From contig ML978128.1 of assembly GCA_010015805.1 (NCBI GenBank), forward strand, positions 1,364,001 to 1,428,000: a DNA stretch of 64,000 nucleotides, read 5' to 3'. This stretch comes from Rhizodiscina lignyota (Eukaryota). The notes below the pieces were generated by a model. That model was not told where the DNA came from. It worked only from the letters and a program-made list of their open reading frames with translations, and ran no database searches. The position numbers and the translations under genes are program-made. Below are positions 48,913 to 60,692 of this stretch, in pieces. Numbering within the stretch: the stretch's first letter is position 1; each line of letters opens with the position of its first letter.

Positions 48913-51900
48913 GTTGTTGAAATGAGCGTGTGTAAAGGCCGGCTGGGCTATCGATGATCCAGAATCGAAGTGTACGGTAGTCTATGAGAGACAGTACATG
49001 TGGCGGTGAATCAAAATCTTCACTGCTGTTAGTATACCTTCTAACCAAGGGTGACGAAGCGGCTGGGAAAGGGTTGAGCGGAGACTGGAGAAGGCGCGTG
49101 TTGTTGTATTGTTGGGTGCATTCCAATGACCGGCTTACCTTTCCGTGGTGCACAACAGGAGCAAGAACCACGTGGATGGAAGAGCACAGGACAGAACGAG
49201 TGGACACGGAAGCAGTAGCTGAAAGAGTGAAGCTGCTGCTGCCTGGAAGGGAGCGACGAAAGTTGTGTGTATAGAACGTTGAAGGTAGAGAAAGAGAGGC
49301 ACAAACAGGAGGTTGTGGACTTGGTGGAAAGCCCACGCGCCATGTGCGGTCGGACAACCTCGAGCGTTGACGCCGACAACGACGGCTCGAGCTTCTCTCG
49401 TTTAAGGTTTAACGTATTCAATCCCGGCAGCTTTGTTACATGAGATTGCAACACCGGAAGTAGCGTAATAAGCTTCAAATTGGGGGTAGAACTATCTGAA
49501 ACTCCCAACTACTCGCACCAATTCGAGCTAGCGGTGCTGCACAAAATCGGCCTGGGTGGAGATTCAATATTGCAACGCTCTCCGGAAATTACACACCACC
49601 AACCATGAGCGCTCACCCGCCAATGAAGATACCAGCTACGCGCCATGGATGAGCTTGCGTGCAGACGCATCGAACTCTTCGAGAAGCTTGATTTGCCTCT
49701 GCCAGCTGCACTGTTAAATATGAGCCTCATGCGTCCTTGAGCCTTGACACCAACGCGTTTTCCCACTCGACAGTTCGTCCAATCTCTCATTGCTAATGTC
49801 GATTTACAGGCTTGTCCCATTGTATCGACTTATGAACTGCCAGCTTGAACCTTGCCGTTGGCATATGACAACGTCAGATATTTCATTATCCCCAGATTAC
49901 ACACGTGAACAACAACATCGTCGACGGCTCGCAAAACGTTTCATAAAGCGCTGGTGGAAGTACTCAGATTGCCACTTAGATGCCTTATCATGCCTACGGC
50001 GGTGCCTGTTTCGATTCTACTGTGGTACACACGCTCACCTGTTCGCTGCTGAGCTGGGCTGCTGCTGGCAAGCGACACATGTTTGGCACGGCTTACCATG
50101 CTTGTCACACCCAAGGTTGTTTTCATGTGCACAGGGGCCATTTAATGGCTTGTGCTGAACATTATACTGAGCCCCTTTCTCAAAAGAAACGAAAAGCTCT
50201 GGCTTTACAATGGTCTTAGACGATGCAGAGGCCTCACACTCGAGATTTCTTCTTGTCGATTTTTGCCATATGGAGTGCAGCAATTGAGTGTCGGCGGTTG
50301 CACCCTATTTCGAGCGGGCTTGCCATCAGATATGGCCATAAAGCTGTCACGCGTATCCAAGTTCCTTAGTCCTGGAAGGCAATCACCACCTGAACACAGA
50401 ATGCTCATTGTATGTTCGCCGTCTTTTTTAAGGCCCAGAAATAGGGAGTAGCTTGCCCTGTTTTGCATGGTAACCCTGTAGTCGACGTACCGGCATGCAT
50501 TTCTGTTAGCGAAAGTTTGACAACCCATCAGACATCCGGCGTGGTTCGCAAAGATCTAGACTACATGGAAGACAAGATATCCTGACAGTAACCGAGGTTG
50601 CCAAGCCTTTATGGACAATTTCTCTGCTGTCTGCTAAACTTACAGGTAAGAGAATGTTGACTTTTGTTTTTCGATAGAGATATCAACTGTGTGCAACTTG
50701 TTCAATCTCATATGTCTACTCTCAACAACACCGGTACTAATGGTCCTTGCCCAACCTTGCGAATGCAGCTGCCTCCGTTCGTACGTCCTGGTTCATATCA
50801 GAGCGGCTGCACGAGAAGAATTCTCGTGCATGCATGTCTTGTGTGACGGCGGCCGGGTCGATCCGACAATTCGTGCAGGCTGAAGAGCAGAAGTTGAAAG
50901 ACAGGGCCGAATCTGAATTTCAATCCATGGGTGCAATGATGATTGTCGCTCACAATCTTCCTGAACCGGTTTGTGAGTGATGGCGGTCTTTAGTGTACAG
51001 CCATCGTACAGTATACGTGGCTTTTCGAGTAGCATCGACACCGATCTTTCCCAGGAGACAGAGAGCTCGGCCAGCTCATGTGACTGATACGGCTGCATGT
51101 CGGCTTGATGCAGGCCATTTATGCATCGGCGTCAAGTCCCACCTAACGGCACGGAGGTTAGGCACCGAGCCACGAGGAGCAAACTCTGGTAGCGAAGTAC
51201 AGATGTATGCCGCTTAACCACTCCATGAGCAGTGTTTGACATTGACAAGTGACGCACATGTGAGTGCCTGGGGGCTAGACGTGGAAGGCACGGTGTGAGC
51301 GATGAGATAATGCAGCAACGCTGAAGATAGTCAAACAACAGGAAGATAGCAACGGGCGCTCTCGGCCCCAAGTAGTGAAACGTGAAAGGAGCATCGTCGA
51401 AACCACGCCAGAAATGCCTCGTGAGCCCTGGTCTCATCCCCGACCCGCAGACGTGTCAATTGCTGCACGTAAGTGCGATTGGCATTAGCACGGCGGAGAG
51501 GAGTCGTTGGGCGGCGTAGTCTGGGTACACAGCAGATGCTGGCCCGAATAAGCGGTCAGTTCTTTGCCACCGGCCTCATTATGTCGGCGGGTTTCGTAGA
51601 GGCGCGCTGGATGGAGATAGCCTTTCCAGTAATATGTGTGCGGCTCAGCAGAGGAGGAGGAGACAAAGACAGCCAGGAGAAGCGGTCCATGGGTTCGAAG
51701 GCCGTGGTCAAGGAGAAGCAAAACCCGCCCTACCCCAGCAATGCGGTGGTTGGCTGCTGTGATTTGCCCATGGTGCCTATTCAGCCTACTTGAGTAACGG
51801 AAAGCGGTATAGCCTTAGATCCCACTCGTGGCTTCAAAGTGGAACCCTACGCCTTCGAGAACAGAGGGTTTGAAAAGTCCACGACACACTTGCACTCCTC

Positions 51901-52517
51901 AACCTACTCATATTCCATCGCGACTGCCTCTCGACGTCGCTCCCACCTGCCCGCCGCCGCCCCTCTGGGCACTTGTTTAATTTAGGCCTCATCGCACCCG
52001 ACATTCCTCTGCGCCCTCACAACTCCCTTGCTTTGCGTCGCCGCTCTCGAGGCTACCTAATGCGCTTCGACGCGCTCGACGTCTGCCCCTCCTAAATCAC
52101 CTAGCATGCAGAGCAGCATCTGAGGACCTTGCTGCTCCTTCCGCTCAAGGGATTTCGACGGTACTGCCTGGCCTTGGCCCCGCCTTTTATCTTCGCCATT
52201 CCCAACCCTTCCTCACCTTGTACCATTTCTCTCTCTCCCCTCCGCTCCCCGCTGTAAATTGCGCTGGTACATATTCAAGTCCATATCCAAATTTTCAGGT
52301 ACGCATTACTTTCCATCTATCCACAGACCCTGTATTGCCTTTCCGTGCCGAGTTTGCTGTTTGCGGGCTGCTGACACCGCGTACCTCAGCTCCGCTCTTT
52401 CGACATAACTATCTCTTCTGCGCCGCAACCTTTTCCTCCACCGACTTTGTCAACCACCAAAATTTCCATCCGTTCGACATCGAATCTTCCTGAATACAAC
52501 TGAGGGCCAGTCGCGTT

Positions 52518-55500
52518 ATGGTTCCCAGCATTACTGGACAATCGGTGAATATGCCTGGAACTGTAAGCCGCATAAATGCACCCATGCTACACGATAGATG
52601 CTGATTCGGGACAGACTCGCACCTCTCGCCTTGGAGACTCCACCGGCATCGCTTCTAGAGTCGGTGTTGACGATCAATATGAACAGAATGCAACTCTAGG
52701 CTCGAATCTCTCCTCACAAACAAATGGCTGGAATGTGGGCAATATATGGGGAAGCGGCACCTTAGGATCGACGTTCAGCTCCGCGTCGCGTGATCGATCC
52801 AGAAATCGTGGTATGGCATCGAGCAATATATGAATCTTGTGAGGATTGGTTTCACTGACAGTGCGACTACAGAGAAGGTGCCATTCGCTGCCGTTGCGAG
52901 GGAAGTCATCGAGGGAAAGACAGGATCTGGAGCGCTACTGCCGGCTCCCGAGACAGACAGATGGACAGGGCGCTCTGCTTGGGGTTCCACGGATGCAAAC
53001 GCGACGAGACGAAGTTCTGGTGTCTCACCTGCCAGGCAACGACCGTCGAGCAACCAACCTCACAATCAAACTTTCATCGACAACCCTCAGGCTTCAACTC
53101 AATTCCTCTCACATCCCCGCCAGGGAGTATTCGTCCAAGATCGAGCAACCAGCCTGCAGTTAGAGAACTCGCCATCGAACATGCCTCGACACCCTTCTGA
53201 TGGCATTCTTAACGGGATGGGTCCATTCGAGCGCATGCCAGGGAACCAACACCGTACTTCGGAAGCAATGTACGGCACATGGACTGATACCGCATCTGTT
53301 CACTCTCCAGTAGATGACCGAAGAAGCGTTTCGAATTCAGAGTACTTCGGGCCTTCCAGTGCTGCTGCATCAAGGAGCGGAAGTCTGCCACCTTCAAGGG
53401 AAGGCCCAGTACAGTTTTCGCAAATGTCTGATACACTTTCTCGGCTATCACAAGGCCAAGCGGGCCCAGGAAGCCGTGGACATACCTCGTCGCTGTCTTC
53501 TCATTCGAACCGCACATTGCCTGAGCGCACCCACTCCTTTCCGAATGATGTAGCGTCCATGTTCAATCGTATGGCCCTCGAAAACGGTTCAGGCCAGCAA
53601 CAAAATGCATTTCACCGTCAGTCCATGAGCAATGTTAGTGCTGCCGGATTTCTGGGGCAAAACCAGCAGGATCCACGATTCATGAGGCAGCCTCAGTCTG
53701 ATCACGTCCAAAATCTCGACGATGGTATGATGAATGCGCCTGAGTCATTCACACCGGAAGGATTTCCGCACAACCAGATTGGGGACAGATTAAATTCGTA
53801 CGCCATGAGCCAGCTTGCTGACCGAGGAGCTCTTACTCCCGGTAGTAGCGATTACCGTGCATCCCCCTTCTACTCCACAGGAGGCACACCGCCTGTTTTC
53901 GATCATTTATATCCTTCACGTGCTGACCAGTCTCGAACAGGCTCTTCTGGACACTCGGCAGCTCTAGAAAGGAAGCTTCGCGGACTCCAGCAAGAGCAAC
54001 AAACGTACCTGAACGCTCCATATGCTCAGATGTTCTCACTCCCTCAGTACCGCCAATTCAACCCCTACCAATATCCCATGACTAATGGCATGCAATTCAA
54101 TGGGGTGGCACCTTCTCTCCAAGTACCTCCAGTGCAAGGACTCATGGCGCTCGAGCCCCCAAAGGCACCGAAGGATCATGATGTCGGCCAAGGCCTCCGG
54201 AGTGCGCTGCTTGAGGAATTCAAATCGAATAACAAAGGCAACAAGAGATACGATTTGAAAGAGATCTACGACCATGTGGTCGAATTCAGCGGGGACCAAC
54301 ACGGATCTCGTTTCATTCAACAGAAACTCGAGACGGCAAACTCTGATGAGAAAGAACGCGTCTTCAAGGAGATCCAGCCTAACGCTTTGCAGCTGATGCA
54401 AGATGTCTTTGGCAACTATGTCATCCAGAAATTCTTTGAGCATGGCGACCAGAACCAGAAAAAGATACTCGCGAGCAAGATGAAAGGACATGTTCTCACC
54501 CTGTCACTGCAGATGTATGGTTGCCGTGTTGTGCAGAAGGTTTGTTACTTCCAAATGATTACGGCTAGTGGCAGCGTCTAATTGCATATCCCAGGCTCTC
54601 GAACACATTCTCGTCGATCAGCAAGCCAGTCTGGTCAAAGAACTTGAACAGCATGTCGTGCGCTGCGTCAAGGATCAAAATGGCAACCACGTAATTCAAA
54701 AGGCTATTGAACGCATCCCAGCTGAGCATATCCAATTCATAACTACTTCGCTCACCGGCCATGTCGGAGCACTGTCAACTCATCCTTACGGCTGCCGTGT
54801 CATTCAACGCATGCTTGAACATTGCGAAGACGGCCCACGCGACTCCATCCTTCAAGAGCTCCACAGTTGCCAGCCGAATCTGATTTCGGACCAGTACGGC
54901 AATTACGTCACGCAACATGTCATAGAGCACGGCAAACTTGAGGATCGCAAAAAGGTCATTGGGCTAGTCATGCTGAACCTCCTTAACTACTGCAAGCACA
55001 AGTTCGCGAGCAATGTCGTTGAAAAGTGCCTGGTTTTCGGAACGAATGAGCAGAGGCGGAATATCATGGTCAAGATCCTCGAGAAGCCCGATGGTCCAAC
55101 TCCAAGGGAAAGCACCCTCCTTGGCCTAGTCAAGGACAACTTTGGCAACTACGTTATCCGTAAGTTTCTTTTGATGGCCTATCCACATGCACGATATCTG
55201 ACTCCTAGCAGAGAAGCTTCTTGACGTCCTCGGCTCAGAAGATTACCCGACATTCGTTGATGCCTTGGCACCCGAAATGTTCAAGGCCAAGCGTTGTATC
55301 ACCGGCAAGCAGATTCTCGCCGTCGAAAGGAAGATGCATCGTTTCGATAAGAAAAATGATTCGCCTCTGGGAATCCCTGCTCGGCTCTCTGCTAGCAATG
55401 GGGCCCCAAGCCCGGCAACGCCAAACATGGATATCTCAGCAGCGGCAACACCTCCACCTCCGTTGACAGCGGATGCTCAAAGCTTGAGAAGTGATTCCAT

Positions 55501-55615
55501 CCCAAGCACGACAATGAGCGCTGTTGACGAGCCTGTCACTGGCATGGTGTCCAGCCTGGGCAAGACGGCTGGTGTCGTTGTTCCTCAGATTGGTGTGACA
55601 GACACGTCTGAGTAA
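52518..55615 (+). CDS. PUF3: Pumilio-family RNA-binding protein, PUF3-type (about 5 exons)
   Basis: Long low-complexity N-terminus followed by eight PUF repeats: [72 protein letters not shown]. Confidence 0.93.
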
Positions 55616-56675
55616 GTTGTTAATGGTGGCCCCGAAGTGTGTTGAGTCTCAGCCATGCTGAGATCAGTGCACTGTTCTGTTTCGGCACATGCTGTCTATA
55701 TAAAAATTTTGTCACGATTCTTCTCGCGACTCGTATCCGTACGAGACGCATATGTGTTACTGACAGTACTTAATTCCTTCTTTACGCAGTTGCAATATTG
55801 CTTCATGATTTCATTTCTTAGATGCTGGAAATCTATCTTATTATGCACACAGATTTCGGAAGGGGCCATCAAACCCGAGGACCTGTACAGGCAGCGGCCG
55901 ATGGGGATGGAGAGCTTATTAGGAATGGGAACGACTACGGGAATGACGTCTTTGCAATAGCAATTCGGCAAGGGCATGGACGACCTGAAACGATCTGGAA
56001 TATTTTGCCATTATACATTATCTGATCAGGATGATCAGATTGCTAAAACTCTGTTTAATTTTCTGGTGTTCGGAAGGGACTTTTTCGGAAACATGGGATA
56101 GCATAGCATAGCTACGTCTGGCTTTGTTCATAACGAGCGTTGCAGCTACGAGCAAGCGATGCAAGAGATCTGTGAATAGATCATACACTTCAGAAATGAT
56201 GAAGTTGCTTCGACATAAAAATTCAATGTTTGTCTCGTGTCGTCGTGCCCTGGATAAGAAATACTAGATTCAGAAAGGAGGTAGTGTGAGCTAAGAGTGA
56301 CAACTAAATCACGTTGCATTACGGAGTATATCTGCCGAGCAGGCCATTATCAAACCACGTTTCACATGCTTTCACAGGTGTGAATGAGGTGCAGGCTCTT
56401 CAGGAGGAACTCCGCAACTAGTAACTACTCCGTACCCTTGTCTTCTTTTGGAGCCGCATGAAGATGGACCAATCCGGGCACAGGCATGTCATTTCAGATC
56501 TCGACCATAATTAGCCCCATCACATACGTGAGTGAACTCGACAACTTCATTCACCACTTTGCATTCACACCCGACACACAATCACATACGATTCTAAAGC
56601 TGCGCACTGCAGAAGTGACAACGAACGATGATGGACTAGTCCCGAAGTCGAGCATCAAAGACCTCGCCCTTCACA

Positions 56676-58602
56676 ATGGCATATGCCAGCTTGGGCGCCT
56701 CATCCGCCCATCCGCCTCGAGATTCGCTCGAACTCGCGTCTCTCGCCTCCTCTTCCCACGCCTCACCCCGAGACTCGATCTCTTCCTCGCCCTCCGGCGC
56801 TCCGTCGTCGCGCAAACTCTCCTTTTCCGACGAAGACCCACTCGCAGACAACAATGCGGCGAGCGGCCAGCGCCCACGACACGGCCGCTCCTACTCAGTT
56901 GTCTCGTCCACGTTCGACTATGCCTCGAACCTCTTCCCTCTGTCGACGTCTGCCGCGGGGTACACGGCGATAGGGGCGCCGTCGAGCGCGACGCTCGACC
57001 CGACGAATGCGCTGAACGGGGCCTCGTTGGAGAAGCACAAGACTTTGACGTACCTTAATGGGCTGTCTCTTGTCGTCGGGCTGATAATAGGATCTGGCAT
57101 CTTCTCTTCGCCGAGTCAGGTCAATTCCAATGCTGGGTCGCCAGGGGCGTCTTTGTTGGTGTGGGTGATCGCTGGTATGCTCGCGTGGACGGGGGCAGCA
57201 AGCTACGCTGAGCTTGGAGGCGCTATTCCGCTCAACGGCGGCGCTCAGGTCTACTTGTCCAAGATTTTCGGCGAGTGGGCTGGCTTCCTCTTCACCTGGG
57301 ATGCCGTGTGCGTGCTCAAGCCTGGCTCGACAGCTATCATTGCTATCATCTTCGGCGAGTACGTCGTGCGTGCCATGGTGGGCCCTGATGCGGCACATGT
57401 GAGCGTGTGGGCCAACAAGGGCGCGGCGCTGGTCGGCCTGGTCATTGTGACCTTGATCAACTGCATCAGCACGAAATTGGGCGCGCGGACGGCGAACGTT
57501 TTCATGTTTCTCAAATTCATTGCATTGCTTGGCGTTACGGTCATGGGCATAGTGGTTGCCGTCACAGGCTGGACATGGGACGGGAAGCCGAATACTGAGT
57601 GGAAAACTCGCGGCTGGTTCGAGGGCACAAGTACGAGCGTGTCCAATTGGGCTGTTGCATTATATGCTGGGCTTTGGGCGTTTGATGGTTGGGATAATGT
57701 TCGTTTCCTCTTCCTATTCTTTCCTTATACACTACTCCTCTTACTAACGGCAGTAACAGACGAATTATGTGACCGGCGAATTCATCAACCCATCGCGCGA
57801 TCTTCCGCGCGTAATACACACCTCTCTACCTCTTGTCATCCTCGCGTACATCCTCGCTAACCTCTCCTACTTCTTCGTGCTCCCAAGCTCTGTTATCGAA
57901 TCCAGCAACACTGTCGCAGTTGCCTTTGGCGCCAAAGTCCTCGGCCCCGTGGGCTCTATGCTCCTCGCTCTCATCGTCGCAGGATCATGCTTCGGCGCGC
58001 TCAACGCTTCCTTATTCACCTCAGGCCGTTTGGTGTACGCCGCAGGTAAGGAGGGCTACTTCCCGTCTGTATTCGGCAAGATCGGATTCGGCAACCGCAC
58101 CGCTGTGCGACTCGGCTCCACGCGGACTGGCAGGTCGAGCAGATTCGCGAAGGGCATCAGCGCGCTCATCGCGGATGACGCGGGCCTCTTCTTCACCCCG
58201 ATCAACGCGATGCTGCTCAACTCGACCCTCTGCGCCATCTACATCGTCGTCGGCGAGTTCTCGACGCTGCTGACGTTCTACGGCGTCGCGGGCTACACGT
58301 TCTACTTCCTCACCGTGCTGGGCCTCATTGTGCTGCGAGTGAAGGAGCCGCAGCTCGAGCGGCCGTACAAGACGTGGATCACCACGCCCATAATCTTCTG
58401 CTGCGTGAGCATCTTCTTGCTCAGTCGGGCCGCGCTTGCGGACCCTTTCCAGACGCTGCTAGTCGTTGGGTTCACGGTTGCCGGGGTACCGGTGTACTTG
58501 TGGAGGGTGAAGAGAAGCCGGAAGAGGGGAGGGCGGCGGGCGGCCGCTGATTCAGAGAAGGGCGTCGGATGGAAGTTCTGGAGACGGTGGGGCAGGGGCT
58601 GA
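56676..58602 (+). CDS. APC-superfamily L-type amino-acid permease (LAT / MUP-like; intron about 57699..57759)
   Basis: GLIIGSGIFSSP, SYAELGGAIPLNGG, GLWAFDGWDN|TNYVTGEFINPSRDLPR, GRLVYAAGKEG; about 12 hydrophobic segments. Confidence 0.93.
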
Positions 58603-59543
58603 GAAGAGCAAGAGTAGAGACAGGTATCGGTAATGGTACGAGAACTGATTTGTATCGATGTACCATGTGGAATTTTTCTTGCATTGCGTGGACTGGAAGG
58701 ATGTTTATGACGTTGGATACAGTAGTCCGCACCTCCGCACACTGTCCGCAACCCGTCCGCAACGGGGTATGATTATGTGTTGCCTATTTGGTTACCATAG
58801 AGCGATGTGGCAATAATGGCGGAGATATTACTCTTCTGCCCTACGAAGCGATTATTTCAATGCTTAGCTTTACTCTTGCGAAGGGAAATGCCCAGCGCTG
58901 CGGAGCATTTTTCATCCCCATGAGCAATAGCGGCAATTCCCTGAACCATGATATGTCCCAGAACTGGCCAGATGCTAGAATGCAAAAGCGCGAGAATAGA
59001 TAGCGCTGAGGGGAAGGGGATTGAAAGGGGAACGCGGTCATGCTTACGGCATATTTTAAATATCCCTACCGACAGCATCGTAGTCTTGAGTGAAGATGCC
59101 TTGGTTAGGTTAAATCCCTTAAATCCCCTGGCCGTGATCTGATGTCACGAGGATTCTCGCCCAAGGCGCTAAGGCTTCTTCGCCGCCGCACCTTGTGGTG
59201 GCTTATGTTTGCTTGTCCAAAGGTCAGTTCCCCTTTAGGTCAGTAGCGATGGAAGGTCGGTCACGATTATTGAGAGATGTCACAGTTGCAAATGTTGGGG
59301 TTCACAAGTGAAGTATTAGAGTATCGTTTTGAGAAACGACATCATCTGGATTTTCTGGGGTTTATAAAAGGTTAAAACATTAAAAAATAGTCAAAAAATG
59401 GTTCAAACATGCTGTGCCTCTTGGGGAATCGCTTCCGCTTTTGCCAAAACTTGTCTGAACTGATGCTCGAAATCAAAGAACGCCGATGCCAATGCAGGTT
59501 GAAAATCAAAAACTCTCGTCATCCATGTACCCGTTATTCACAC

Positions 59544-60692
59544 TTAGATGCGCTCGTCACCGACCGGCTCGAGGAGAGCGGGGCCGAAGGCGGTGGCCTT
59601 GACCATCTCGTCCTGGTTGGCGAAGCAGGTCTTAGCGTCAACCTCGACGAGAGCGGCAACGGACAGACCGTGCATCTTGAACTCGTCGAAGGGGAACTCG
59701 GCCTTAGCGGTACCCTCGAAGCCGTTGAAGTGGAGGCTCTTGACTGGCACGCAGATAGGCTTGTCCTGGCCGTTGAGGTAGGCAATGCTGAGGCCCTCAA
59801 CGTTCGAGTGCTTCTTGTGGAAGCTCTCCTGGGTGGCAAAGCTTTGGATCTTCTTGCCAGCGGGGGCGGTCGATGGGGTGAACGGCGCGATGGAGAAGGT
59901 GAAGTCAATGTCGGTGGTCTTGGCTGGCGGGTTGGCGGCGCTCAACGGGGGGAAGATGGTGAGGTCGATCAGGTCGGCGTTGGCGCACGATCCCGGGACA
60001 ACGACGCCCTGGAGGACGGAGAAGGCATATTCGCGGGTGGAGATGGTGTTGAAGGGCTTCTGGTTGGGGTTCTGGCCCATGATGAAGCGGAACCAACCGT
60101 CCTGCTCACCCTCGTTGGAGAGGGCACCAGAAACACCGCGGGTGAAGCCAGCATCGCCAGCTGCGGCGGCCTTGTTGATGACATCACCAAGGACACCCTG
60201 GACGTTGTCGGTGGCGGTGGAGATGAAGGCAATGGCCTCGTTGAAGGTGCTGACCGGGAACTTGTACTGGCAGGGCTGGATGATGTCCTGTTTGAAGTGG
60301 CTGAGGGCGTTCTCCGCGTTGACGGTGTGGAGCTCCTCAGTGGCGCGCATCGAGCGGAGGATGCGGAGCGTCTGGTCGCGGTTGGGGATGTTCTGGAATC
60401 CCGGGCGGTTGAGCGTGATGTTGGTGATCAGCTCGTTGAAGAAGAACGACTCGATCGCCTCGCCGAAGTTGATGAAGCGGAGCGAGGTGAAGGTGTCGTC
60501 CTTCAGGCTTGGTGGCGGGGCAGCGTCGGAGAGGGTACCGAAGGCGAGATCTTCGATACGGTCTAGCTGGTTGGCATTTGGCGTAGGGAAGCCATCGGCG
60601 AGCGAGGTTGGCTTGGCCTTCTTGGTGGCAGTAGGAGCAGCGATTGTGGTGGCAGCGAGGCCGAGGACAGCAGCAGCAGTGAAAGAACGCAT
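59544..60692 (-). CDS. Secreted ferritin-like protein of the late sexual development (LsdA / Rds1-like) type
   Basis: Signal peptide MRSFTAAAVLGLAATTIAAP; DGFPTPN…AFGTLS, ATEELH, IQPCQYKFPV, NEGEQDGWFR, VVPGSC, IAYLNGQ, TAFGPALLE; strong codon bias. Confidence 0.8.
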   Translation of the reverse strand: MRSFTAAAVLGLAATTIAAPTATKKAKPTSLADGFPTPNANQLDRIEDLAFGTLSDAAPPPSLKDDTFTSLRFINFGEAIESFFFNELITNITLNRPGFQNIPNRDQTLRILRSMRATEELHTVNAENALSHFKQDIIQPCQYKFPVSTFNEAIAFISTATDNVQGVLGDVINKAAAAGDAGFTRGVSGALSNEGEQDGWFRFIMGQNPNQKPFNTISTREYAFSVLQGVVVPGSCANADLIDLTIFPPLSAANPPAKTTDIDFTFSIAPFTPSTAPAGKKIQSFATQESFHKKHSNVEGLSIAYLNGQDKPICVPVKSLHFNGFEGTAKAEFPFDEFKMHGLSVAALVEVDAKTCFANQDEMVKATAFGPALLEPVGDERI

